A stretch of 61,467 nt of DNA, the filler included, from Actinomycetota bacterium (lineage in GTDB: Bacteria > Actinomycetota > Acidimicrobiia > Spongiisociales > UBA4744): the NCBI GenBank assembly GCA_013152275.1. It is 6 parts of 6 records of this genome, joined end to end, with 100 filler letters (N's around TTAATTAATTAA, not from the genome) between each part and the next. Parts side by side here need not be neighbours in the genome. Positions count along the whole stretch, not along the records: positions 1 to 21,725 come from JAADGS010000012.1; 5 more parts are not named here. One strand, 5' to 3'. The notes beneath the pieces were generated by a model. The model was not told the DNA's origin. It made no database searches and worked only from the letters and a program-made list of their open reading frames with translations. Shown piece after piece: positions 10,710 to 20,005 of this stretch (position 1 is its first letter; each line of letters starts with the position of its first letter). A program made the translations under genes and the position numbers.

Positions 10710-13451
10710 TCATCCGGTGTTGCGAAGACCGGCTGCGATACCGTTGACCGTCAAGAGCAGTGCTCGTTGCAGAAGTGGGTCGTCGCGATCTGTGTTCCGT
10801 GAACGCGCGAGCAGGTTGACCTGGAGGTGGTGGAGGGGTTGCAGATAGGTGTCTCTGACCCGCAGCGTACGTTGAAGGACGGGGTTGGCCTCGAGCAGTG
10901 TCGGTTCGTTCGTGATGGCGAGAATCTCGTCGATCGTCCGGTGGTATTCCGCTTCGATCGTGTCGAAGAGGTGGCGATGGTCTGCCGGGACGAGAGCCTG
11001 CACGTACCGTTGAGCGATCCCAAGATCCGTCTTGGCGAGCGTCATCTCGACATTTGATATGAAGGTTCGAAAGAAGGACCAATGTGCAAACATCTCGCTG
11101 ATCGCCGCCCCATGTCCCGCACGACGCGCGGCAGCGAGTCCCGACCCAACCCCAAACCATCCTGGGATGATCTGACGCGACTGTGTCCAACCGAACACCC
11201 AGGGGATCGCCCTGAGATCGTCGAGCGACCCGGCGCCATTGGGACGCCGCGACGGACGTGAACCGATATTGAGCGCCCCCAACTCGTCGACCGGCGTCGC
11301 AGAAAGGAAATACTCGACGAGATCCGGACTCTCGATCAGATCTCGATAGGCCGCATACGCAGCATCGCTCACCACATCCATCGTGTCATGCCATCGAACG
11401 AGCTGCTCCTCGGGTTGACGAGGCGACTGATGGAGCAGCGACGCTTCGATGACCGCCGACAGCGCCAGCTCGAGGTTTCGGGCGGCAAGCTCGGGAAGGC
11501 CGTACTTGTCGGCGATCACCTCACCTTGTTCGGTGATCTTGATCGGCCCGTCGACGGTCCCGTACGGCTGGGCGAGGATCGCTTCGTGCGTCGGTCCACC
11601 ACCCCGACCGATGGTGCCGCCGCGTCCGTGGAACAACCGCAGCACGACACCATGTTTTCTGGCGATGTCCCGCAGCCGTTGCTGCGCCTTGTAGATCTCC
11701 CACTGCGATGTGGTGATGCCACCGGCCTTGTTCGAATCCGAATAACCGAGCATCACCTCTTGAATGTCGCCACGAAGGCGAACGATCTCACGGTATGGCT
11801 TGACGCTCAGGAGTCGGTCGAACAGGTCGCCTGCCATCTGGAGCTCTTCGGTGGTTTCGAGTAGCGGCACGAAACCGAGCTCGGCAACATGTCCCGGGAC
11901 GTCGATGAGTCCCACTTCACGAGCCAAGACGGCGGCCGCAAGGACATCGTCGACGTCCCGTGTCATCGAGATGATGTAGCTCTCGATGAGGTCGGAGCCG
12001 TACCGGTCCTTGACATGCCTGATCGTTCGGAACACGTCGAGGGTGGCGGCCGTCTCCTCACTCACCGCCGCCGCGGTCGTGGTCAACGGCCGCCGACCAT
12101 CCAACTCCACGGCCAGTTTCTCGGCTCGACCGGCGGCATCGAGCACCCGATAGGGAGTACCGAGACGGTCGAACAACTCGGCGATCGCCTCATGGTGTTT
12201 CGCTGCGAGCTGCCGGATGTCCATCGTCGCCAGATGAAACCCGAACGTCGCCGCCGTACGTGTCACCCGGGCGACCATGCCTGCAGCGACCAGACCACCA
12301 CGGTTCGCGACCAGCGACCGGTGGAGCACGGCGAGTTCCTCGAGGACTTCACCGATAGTGGAATACCCCCTGCCAGGAACATGGCGGGAACCCGATGTCA
12401 TACGCTCACGGGTGTTGACGAGCCGCTGATGGATGTAGGCCAACTTGAGCCGATACGGCTCCTCCGCGTTGAGGACACCGAACCGCTCATGCACTCGCGG
12501 CAGCAGCGACCGGTCCACCTCGAGGCTCGCACGCAACTCGTCGCTCACATCCCGGATCCTCGACGACGTCGACAGATCCGTGGCCAGCGCCTCAACTGCA
12601 CCGATCAGGTTACGCATCGCGTGGTCATGCTGAGCGGCCAATACGTCACCCGTGACTGCCGCCGTCACGAATGGGTTCCCATCCCGGTCGCCGCCCACCC
12701 ACGTGCCGAATCGGATCGGCGTGCGATCGATCGCGACGTCGATCCCCAGACGCCTCATCTCGGTGGCGTACCCGTCGAGGACCTCCGGCACAGCCCCCCG
12801 GAACAGCTCGTCGAGGTAGTAGATCACCGACGCTGCTTCGTCTCTGGGATCTGGACGATCCCGGCGAAGCTCGTCCGTCTGCCAGATGAGGTCGATCAGC
12901 TCGGCGAGACGCCGGTCGATTCGACGCTTGTCGGCCTCCGTGGCCCGCGTATCGAGACGCTCGTCGAGCAGTTTGGCGACGGTGTTGAGCTTGGTGAGGA
13001 TCGAACGTCGCGACGCCTCGGTCGGGTGAGCCGTGAACACGGGACGCAGTTCGAGCCGTTCCAGCATCCGCTCGACGTCGGCTCTGTCCAACCCGGCAGC
13101 GTCGACCTGGTCGACCGTGCTCTCCAACCAGCCGCGCTGCCGTCGGGTGCGAGCCGCCAGCTCGTCCAACCGGTGTGTCTGCTCGGCAACGTTGGCGAGA
13201 TAGAAATAGGCGGTGAATGCCCTCACCAGCGTGCTCAGGGTCGCCAGATCAAGACCGCCGAGCAGCACATCGAGAGCGTCGTCGCGCCCGGCCGTCTCCG
13301 TGTCCCGCAGTCTCCTGGTGATCGCCCGCACGTCCTCGACGAGGTCGAGCAGATCAGGGCCCTCCTGACGCACCAGCGAATCCCCCAGCTGGTTCCCCAG
13401 CCGCCGGATATCCGCCCGCAACGCCGCATCTCGCTTGTGAAGGTCCACCAC
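10710..13451 (-). CDS. ppc: Phosphoenolpyruvate carboxylase
   Basis: VFTAHPTE, WVGGDRDGNP, VMLGYSDSNK, FHGRGG, RAIPWVF, AGLRNTG C-terminus; start trimmed to GTG (VVDLHKRD). Confidence 0.95.
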   Translation of the reverse strand: MVDLHKRDAALRADIRRLGNQLGDSLVRQEGPDLLDLVEDVRAITRRLRDTETAGRDDALDVLLGGLDLATLSTLVRAFTAYFYLANVAEQTHRLDELAARTRRQRGWLESTVDQVDAAGLDRADVERMLERLELRPVFTAHPTEASRRSILTKLNTVAKLLDERLDTRATEADKRRIDRRLAELIDLIWQTDELRRDRPDPRDEAASVIYYLDELFRGAVPEVLDGYATEMRRLGIDVAIDRTPIRFGTWVGGDRDGNPFVTAAVTGDVLAAQHDHAMRNLIGAVEALATDLSTSSRIRDVSDELRASLEVDRSLLPRVHERFGVLNAEEPYRLKLAYIHQRLVNTRERMTSGSRHVPGRGYSTIGEVLEELAVLHRSLVANRGGLVAAGMVARVTRTAATFGFHLATMDIRQLAAKHHEAIAELFDRLGTPYRVLDAAGRAEKLAVELDGRRPLTTTAAAVSEETAATLDVFRTIRHVKDRYGSDLIESYIISMTRDVDDVLAAAVLAREVGLIDVPGHVAELGFVPLLETTEELQMAGDLFDRLLSVKPYREIVRLRGDIQEVMLGYSDSNKAGGITTSQWEIYKAQQRLRDIARKHGVVLRLFHGRGGTIGRGGGPTHEAILAQPYGTVDGPIKITEQGEVIADKYGLPELAARNLELALSAVIEASLLHQSPRQPEEQLVRWHDTMDVVSDAAYAAYRDLIESPDLVEYFLSATPVDELGALNIGSRPSRRPNGAGSLDDLRAIPWVFGWTQSRQIIPGWFGVGSGLAAARRAGHGAAISEMFAHWSFFRTFISNVEMTLAKTDLGIAQRYVQALVPADHRHLFDTIEAEYHRTIDEILAITNEPTLLEANPVLQRTLRVRDTYLQPLHHLQVNLLARSRNTDRDDPLLQRALLLTVNGIAAGLRNTG

Positions 13452-13533
13452 GCGAGCGTACCAACGGCCCGCCACGGCGCCCAGTCCACCGCCTCGGCTT
13501 CGCACTCGCGTTCCGCGAGGAGGCCGGCGGTGC

Positions 13534-15102
13534 CTATTCCTGCCGTCGCTCGCCGGCAACGCTGCTCGAGCGGCCGATCGGTAGATCGATGGCGAACGCC
13601 CAACTCGCCTTGGCCCGTTCGAATCGGAGCGAACCTCCCGCCGCGACCGTCAGAGTGTGGGCATAGGTGATGCCGAGTCGGTCGCCCATCTCCGGTGGCA
13701 TCACCTCGGAATGGGCGAGAAGGCTCCACGCTTGGCCGAGGGGTGTCCTCGAGTCGATATCGGGTCCCGGACCCAGATCACAGACGCGCAGGCAGACGCC
13801 GGCGGGGATCGATCGAACCGAGATGGTGACGGGCGGTGTGCCGTATCTTCGGCTGTTCTCGATGAGTTCGTAGAGGGCGATCGTGAGTGGAAGGGGATCA
13901 CAACGGACCACCAGACTTCGCTCCCCTTCCACCGTCACCAGCGACTCCAGACCGGGTCTGGCACCAAGCAGGTAGCTGTCGATCAGCTCTCCGATCGTGA
14001 CCGCCACCACGGACCGCTGAGGTCCTCGCTGCAGCCGTAACACCGAGCTGATCCGGTCCAAGAGTTGCTCGATCCGAGCGCCTGCATCCCGAATCGCCAC
14101 AGCGGCCTCCCGCAGGTCTTCGCCCTCCAACTCCCCCTTGGCGATCAACTCCGAATACCCCACGATCGGCGACAATGGGGTCCTGAACTGGTGATTGGCC
14201 GACTCCATGAACCGCCGGTGCTGCTCACCCGCCAACACCTGACTGGTTACGTCCTCGGCGTAGACCATCAGCAGGGCCGGATCGTTCATCTCCCGATGCA
14301 ACGACGCTCCGATCCGCAGGAACGTCTCCCTGCCGGTGGTCGAAGGCACCACGTAGAGCGATGGCGGCCCCGGCTCGCCTGAGGTCACCATTCCCGCGAG
14401 CACCTCTCCCAATCGCTGGCCGGGGACCGCCGACCCGCCAAAGCGAGCGATCGTCGTATGTTCGGTGTCGGCGAGTCCGAAACGCCGGGCCGTCTCGTTG
14501 GCGAACAGGCAACGCAGCGAGTCTCCGTCGTACAAGGCGAAACCGATCGGGGCCTCCTCGGCGATCCCGGCCGCAAGCGTCCTCGCCCGAGTCGACTCCC
14601 TCTGCCAGTACTCGGACAAGGCCCGCCCCCAGATCAGCAACCCGATGAATGCCAGGAACACACCCAACCGAACCACGCTGGTGACGGTCACATCGTTGGC
14701 GCCCGCGATCACACCCAGATACACCACCACGGCGGCAACCGCCATCCAGATGATCCGTCGAAGCGGGCTGGTCACCGCCTCCCAAACAACCACGATCAGC
14801 ATTGCGAAGAAGAACGGGCTCTCGGTGCCCCCGTCCAGCGCAACGATCACACCCACCAGCACCAGCGAGCCCACACCACGGATCAGATACACGCCGCCTT
14901 TACGAACCAACGCGATCCGATCGGCGAGAGTGTCCAACCCCGTTCGCCAGAGCAGCAGAATGCCGGCAACGATCAGCGTACCGACCGGGTGCAGCACATC
15001 ACCAAACATGGCGAGCACAAGCACATGGACCGTGACAATCGGTCCAACCGGGTCAAAACTCTCAAACCACGTCTGCCATCGTGGAATTCGGCTTTCGATC
15101 AA
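13534..15102 (-). CDS. Membrane sensor histidine kinase (multi-TM, PAS-like, HisKA, divergent HATPase)
   Basis: About 5-6 hydrophobic helices; PAS-like EEAPIGFALYD...FANETARR...EDVT; H-box ANHQFRTPL; N-box LIENSRRYG; G1 DLGPG. Confidence 0.8.
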   Translation of the reverse strand: MIESRIPRWQTWFESFDPVGPIVTVHVLVLAMFGDVLHPVGTLIVAGILLLWRTGLDTLADRIALVRKGGVYLIRGVGSLVLVGVIVALDGGTESPFFFAMLIVVVWEAVTSPLRRIIWMAVAAVVVYLGVIAGANDVTVTSVVRLGVFLAFIGLLIWGRALSEYWQRESTRARTLAAGIAEEAPIGFALYDGDSLRCLFANETARRFGLADTEHTTIARFGGSAVPGQRLGEVLAGMVTSGEPGPPSLYVVPSTTGRETFLRIGASLHREMNDPALLMVYAEDVTSQVLAGEQHRRFMESANHQFRTPLSPIVGYSELIAKGELEGEDLREAAVAIRDAGARIEQLLDRISSVLRLQRGPQRSVVAVTIGELIDSYLLGARPGLESLVTVEGERSLVVRCDPLPLTIALYELIENSRRYGTPPVTISVRSIPAGVCLRVCDLGPGPDIDSRTPLGQAWSLLAHSEVMPPEMGDRLGITYAHTLTVAAGGSLRFERAKASWAFAIDLPIGRSSSVAGERRQE

Positions 15103-15233
15103 GGGAATACCACCATATGGACTCTTCCTTATTCCATCTGATCCACTGCACCCCCATTACATCTTGGATGAGCGCCCTGCCCACGCCACCCGGCCACCTC
15201 GCGGCTCACGCCGGCCACCCCGTCATCACCACA

Positions 15234-15264
15234 GCCCAATCCGACAGTTCCCGCCGGATTGGGC
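15234..15264. terminator. Perfect 10-bp stem hairpin, possible terminator or processing site
   Basis: GCCCAATCCG...CGGATTGGGC; no U-tract. Confidence 0.4.
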
Positions 15265-15502
15265 CGGGTGATCCGAATCGACCCATTGCGTCTGTCGACC
15301 TTTCACAGCCGATAGCAGCAGCCGTCAAGCACCCCCCACGGTCCTGGGTCGACCTGAGATTGCGAGCGATATGAAGTACCAGGCACCAGCATCACTCAAC
15401 AGACTTCCTGGCTCGAGCCGAACGCTGCGTGGCCGGATCACCCGGAGACGGCGGAGAGCTGCCGACTCGCTTTCTCAGTTCACGGTGTTACCGGATGTCG
15501 GA

Positions 15503-15595
15503 TCAGCTCATGTCGCTGATCGACGCCAAAGCGGGAAGAGCGGTGACGAGGACGCTTGCCAGCGTCAGAACGAGCACGATGATACGACGGCGCAT
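15503..15595 (-). CDS. 30-aa secreted peptide precursor MRRRIIVLVLTLASVLVTALPALA|SISDMS
   Basis: Strong SD AAGGAGGT 6 nt before ATG; basic n-region, hydrophobic h-region and P-A-L-A signal peptidase I site; below the ORF-track length cutoff. Confidence 0.75.
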   Translation of the reverse strand: MRRRIIVLVLTLASVLVTALPALASISDMS

Positions 15596-15634
15596 TGAGG
15601 GACCTCCTTGAGCCCGACTGCTGTTTCAGCGTCG

Positions 15635-15668
15635 AGTATGCGGAAAGCCCGTCTCTCAGATATCTCAC
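15635..15668 (-). promoter_or_regulatory. Putative SARP-type promoter of the peptide gene
   Basis: Heptamer direct repeat GTGAGAT/GAGAGAC with 11-bp period, then 10 nt, then CATACT (-10-like). Confidence 0.4.
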
Positions 15669-15697
15669 GCGCCGGTGCCGGCCGACCAAACCTTCCG

Positions 15698-18600
15698 TCA
15701 TGATGCGCGCGGCTTTTGCCCCCGAGTGGCGAGGCGGTGGCCTGCGTTGCGCAGCGCGACCAGGTCACGGCCCACCGTTGAAGCGCTTACGTTCAACACT
15801 CCGGCCAACTGGTCGATCGAGGGCACGGCACCTTGGTCACCGGCCTCGGTCATCAGCCGCCACAGCCGTCTACGGCGGCGGTCGATGGGAGAAGACACCT
15901 GTTCGTCCTCGGGGTCCGTGACCGTCCAGGTAACTTGCCGCAATTCGTCGTCGGCCAGAGCCCGCCCGATCGGCGTCCCGGCTGCCGGGAGCAGCACCTC
16001 GACGGTGTGTGGGGAATACTGGTTCCACGCCGCCACGATCTCCCGGTGCTCGGCAACCCGCTCCAAGGCGCCCTCACGATCTTCGGCCGGAAGTCCTTGA
16101 AGAGTTGCATTGAGCAGCCGATATGCCTCTGCTGCAGCACGACGGGCCTCTTGACGTTGTCCGGCAGCCCTTGCGGCAACGGCATGACGGTGATGGATCA
16201 AGTGGACACGCTCAACCCCCGGCACGAGCTGCTCGACCGCTTGACGAGTGACGGCAAAGGCTTCCTGCACATGCCCGCCGGCCAGTAGCGTGGCCCCGCG
16301 AATCGAGAGCAGCTCAACTGCCAGGGACACGAGTCCTGTCTCGACGCATATCCGGTCCGCCCGATCGAGAGCGACAAGAGCATCCTGGTGATTGCCTGTG
16401 GCCAAGTGAAGGAGGGCAAGAGAGCGGAGGTGTTGGCCTTCGAGGAAGCGGTTGCCGGTCCCGGTGAGGGTCAGGTAGCTCTCTTCGAGCAGCCGCTCGG
16501 CCTCGTCGGGTCGGTCCTGGAGGAGAGCAACCCCCGCCAGGACCTCCATGCACTGTGCTTGGCGGGCCCGATCCCCGATATTCAGGAAATGGGTCATCGC
16601 CCTCTGAGCGTCTGCCGTGGCCCGTCGGCAGTCACCGAGGAGGCTCTGGCGGACCGAGGCGGCGTTGACGCGGACCATCGCCTCCCCCCGAAGGTCGCCG
16701 AGTTCGGCGAAGATGCGCGCCGCTTGCTCATACCCGGAGAGGGCGCCGGCCACCTGGCCGAGGAAGTAGTGGAGGTTGCTCTGATTCACCCAATTGACTC
16801 CCTCCCCGTGCCGGTAGCCGATCTTCTGGCAGATCTCGATTGCCCGCCCGTAATGGACGAGAGACCCGTCGGTGTCTCCCAGCTGGCGAAGCGCCCGCGC
16901 CTTGCTGCCGAACACCTCTGCCTCTCCGCGCAGATCGCTCGACTTTTCGAAAAGAGCGAGCGCACGTTCCAGGTGAGGGAGTGCCTCGGTGGACCGTTGC
17001 ACTTCCACCAACGTGCTGCCCAACTCGATGTGAGCTTCGGCTCGTCTCTGGTCGTCGCCCCTCGCCGCCACCACTGCCGCCTCGAGCTGGGATACCGCCT
17101 CCAGGGGATGCCCCGACCAACGTTGGCACGTGCCAAGCGCCACGAGAGCCGCCGCCAACGCGCCTCGATCTCCCCGACGACGCTCCGCATCCACCGACTG
17201 TCGCGCCGACTTCTCGGCCTCGGCGAAGCGCCCGGTGTGAGCGAGAAGCCAGGCCCTGCGTCGCTCGAGGTCGCCTCGCAGCGAAGGCCTCTCCTCGACC
17301 AGTCTCGCCATCCCCTCGATCACTTCGGCCTGTTCGTTTCGACGCCCCAGCACACTGAGAACGGTCTCGAGATGTCCCGCCAACCGATATCGGTCCCCCG
17401 GCAACCACTTCGCGTACGCGGCCGCTTCCTGGGCCGCCTGAAAGTGCTGCCGGGCAGTCGCAAAGGCGTGGAGCTCTTCGGCCCGAATACCTGCTTCGAG
17501 CAGGAAGTGGGCGGCCCGCTCGGGGATCCCACCCTCCCAATAGTGGTAGCCGATGGCGTCGACGTCTTCTGCGTCGATGTCGACCAGCGCCGCCGCCACA
17601 CGCCGGTGCAGCTCCACCCTGTGGCCCTCGTCGAGGCTCTCGTAGACGACCTCGCGCACCAGATCGTGGGATACCCGGTAGCGGCTGTCGCCTTCCTCTC
17701 GGATGAGACCACGATGTATGAGATCGTCCATGGCGTCCAAGACGGACGCCCGTGGGAGTCCGACAACAGCTGCCAGCATCGCCAGATCGACCGCGCCGCC
17801 GCACACGGCGGCGACCTTGAACACGGCATGGGCGTGCTCACCGAGCAAGGATGTGCGGGCGTCGATCACCGACCTGACCCGAGGAGCGACTGCAATGGTC
17901 CGACCGGCGAGTTCCCGCTCGAGTACTCCGCCCGGATCACCGCCGACTTCGAACAGACCCTGATCGCGCAGAGCCAACAGAGTCTCCAACGTGAAGAGAA
18001 CATTTCCTCCGGTCCGACGATGCAGGCGGGCCGCCACCATCGGTTCCATACTGGTCAAACCCAGAATGGCCTTGACCATGTCGCCCAATTCGAACACCGA
18101 CAAGGGAGACAGCACAACCCGACCAAGACCGGCGACACGATCCAGGTCACGAAGCACATCCCACACTTCCGGATCGCCCCGACCCTCTTCGCTTCGATAG
18201 AGCAGCAACAAGAGGATTCGGGACTCGGCAAGCCGGGGCCCGAGCTGGGTGAGGACACCAAGCGTGTCCTGGTCGGCCCAGTGCACGTCGTCGACGATCA
18301 CGAGGTGAGGAGCGATCCTGCCCAACGCGCCAAGTGTCAACACGAGCGCCTCCTGCATCCGTGTCGACTCCTCCGCCGGGCGAAGCGGAGTAGACGTGGA
18401 TGGCAGGACGTTCCGCTTACCGAGACGGGGAGCGAGCCGCATCGCCTCGGTCAACCAGACCGGTTTGAGTTGCTCAGAGAGCTGTTCGGCCCGCAATGGA
18501 CTGATCGACTCCAACACCTCGACGAGCGGGCCGAACGGACGCAACGTCCCCTGCACGCAGGTTCCCCAGCTGACCTCGAATCCACGCCAGCGGGCAGCGT

Positions 18601-19555
18601 CCGCCGCCTCCAGCGCCAGCCGGGTCTTACCTATTCCGGGTTCCCCTTCCACCAGCACAACTCCACCCGGCCCGGCCAACACCCGTTCCAAGTGGCCGAT
18701 GAGGCTACGCCGTTCCTCTTCCCGACCCACAAAGGGGATGCCGGACCGGCTCCCCAGAAGCGTCGCGCGCTCTTCCCCCTGCAACGGCCGGATTGCAGCA
18801 CGCCGCTGCCGGAGGATGCGCCGGTACAGCTCGACGGTGGGCTCGGAAGGCTCCGTGCCCAACTCCTCGGCCAACACCGACCGGCACCGTTCAAACTGCT
18901 GGACGGCGTCGCTGGTCCGCCCCAGCAAGAAGCAGAGTCGCATGACCTCCTGGTGCGCCTCTTCTCTGAGCGGATCGTGGTGGGTGAGTCGCCGCGCGTG
19001 CGCCAACGCCTCCTCATAGGCGCCCTGGGCCTTGGTCACCTCGACCAGACGGCTGAGAGCCACCAGGTAGCGTTGGCGGTAGTGATCCTGTTCGACCACC
19101 ACCCAGTTGTCGAAGAACCCGGCCAGGAAGTCGCCTCGATACAGCTCCACACAGGCACGCAGGGCGGCAGCGTCGCCGGCGCGCCCGAGCTGGGTGTCAC
19201 GGCGGGAGATCTCCAGCGAATCGAAGAGGTGATCGAACTCCTCGACATCCAACCAGTACGGTGCGGTGGTGTCGAACGCGAGAGTGTCTGCGGTGGTCGC
19301 CAAATGTGAAGCCGAACCATCGCTTACCGTATCCTGAATCTGCCACAGGGTATGGCTGAGGCGGCGTCGAGCCCGCCCCTCGGGAAGGTCGGGCCAGAAG
19401 GAACCGGCCAGCAAGTCACGCTGCAGGGGCCGCCCTCGATGCATCACCAGGTGAGCGAACAGCGACCGTCCGACACGCGATGCGATGGGCGGCAACGCCT
19501 TGCCGGCACGTTCCATGAAGAAGCCCCCGAACAGGTACACCCGCAGTGGCTCCAT
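15698..19555 (-). CDS. AfsR/SARP-like large regulator: wHTH + BTAD + P-loop ATPase + TPR repeats + C-terminal DUF1670-like HTH
   Basis: LRVYLFGGF; LYRGDFL; DPLREEAHQEVMR; FVGRE; Walker A GEPGIGKT; Walker B VIVDDVHWAD; TGGNVLF; long TPR-like region; C-terminus RLMTEAGDQG...LAGVLNVSASTVGRDL...G..LATRG. Start trimmed from 19972. Confidence 0.88.
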   Translation of the reverse strand: MEPLRVYLFGGFFMERAGKALPPIASRVGRSLFAHLVMHRGRPLQRDLLAGSFWPDLPEGRARRRLSHTLWQIQDTVSDGSASHLATTADTLAFDTTAPYWLDVEEFDHLFDSLEISRRDTQLGRAGDAAALRACVELYRGDFLAGFFDNWVVVEQDHYRQRYLVALSRLVEVTKAQGAYEEALAHARRLTHHDPLREEAHQEVMRLCFLLGRTSDAVQQFERCRSVLAEELGTEPSEPTVELYRRILRQRRAAIRPLQGEERATLLGSRSGIPFVGREEERRSLIGHLERVLAGPGGVVLVEGEPGIGKTRLALEAADAARWRGFEVSWGTCVQGTLRPFGPLVEVLESISPLRAEQLSEQLKPVWLTEAMRLAPRLGKRNVLPSTSTPLRPAEESTRMQEALVLTLGALGRIAPHLVIVDDVHWADQDTLGVLTQLGPRLAESRILLLLLYRSEEGRGDPEVWDVLRDLDRVAGLGRVVLSPLSVFELGDMVKAILGLTSMEPMVAARLHRRTGGNVLFTLETLLALRDQGLFEVGGDPGGVLERELAGRTIAVAPRVRSVIDARTSLLGEHAHAVFKVAAVCGGAVDLAMLAAVVGLPRASVLDAMDDLIHRGLIREEGDSRYRVSHDLVREVVYESLDEGHRVELHRRVAAALVDIDAEDVDAIGYHYWEGGIPERAAHFLLEAGIRAEELHAFATARQHFQAAQEAAAYAKWLPGDRYRLAGHLETVLSVLGRRNEQAEVIEGMARLVEERPSLRGDLERRRAWLLAHTGRFAEAEKSARQSVDAERRRGDRGALAAALVALGTCQRWSGHPLEAVSQLEAAVVAARGDDQRRAEAHIELGSTLVEVQRSTEALPHLERALALFEKSSDLRGEAEVFGSKARALRQLGDTDGSLVHYGRAIEICQKIGYRHGEGVNWVNQSNLHYFLGQVAGALSGYEQAARIFAELGDLRGEAMVRVNAASVRQSLLGDCRRATADAQRAMTHFLNIGDRARQAQCMEVLAGVALLQDRPDEAERLLEESYLTLTGTGNRFLEGQHLRSLALLHLATGNHQDALVALDRADRICVETGLVSLAVELLSIRGATLLAGGHVQEAFAVTRQAVEQLVPGVERVHLIHHRHAVAARAAGQRQEARRAAAEAYRLLNATLQGLPAEDREGALERVAEHREIVAAWNQYSPHTVEVLLPAAGTPIGRALADDELRQVTWTVTDPEDEQVSSPIDRRRRRLWRLMTEAGDQGAVPSIDQLAGVLNVSASTVGRDLVALRNAGHRLATRGQKPRAS

Positions 19556-20005
19556 CACACGCATCCAGGCCGTCAACCGATCCGCACCCTGAACGGGCGC
19601 AGGTTTCATGGGCACTCTAATAGGGACGCGAGGTGAACGCCGGGTGCCCCGGTGCGTGCCTTCGGTGCGCGCTCGACCTTGCACACCTCCGCGAATTCGG
19701 CCGGATGCCGTTCTGTCAACCGGATGACGAATGATCTTCGATGAGTCCGGACGGGAGCATCGAGTACCGGCAGAGATCCTGCCGAAACCCGGTGCGATCG
19801 AGCGATCTCGGTGCCGCCATGTCCGCGTGGCACCTCGGGCAAACGTCATCCGCGCCGGCCGGAAAACGATCCAGGCTCGACGGTCGCGTTCCGAACGGTG
19901 ACATCCTGGGCACCGAAGCGACCCGACGAGGAAGGCGACCGACAAGGCCGGGGTATGCGTCCACGGCGGCATGATTGCACGTTGCTCTCGGGCGCTGCGG
20001 AGGCT

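Noticed and set aside
15488..15505. Stop read-through extending the peptide (TGA then SDIR*)
   Set aside because: The SDMS/SDIR echo is only four codons and no recoding signal is evident.
16388..19309. 973-aa plus-strand ORF and other long antisense ORFs (e.g. 26-658, 11889-13670, 41906-43651)
   Set aside because: Shadow frames of well-supported opposite-strand genes in GC-rich DNA.
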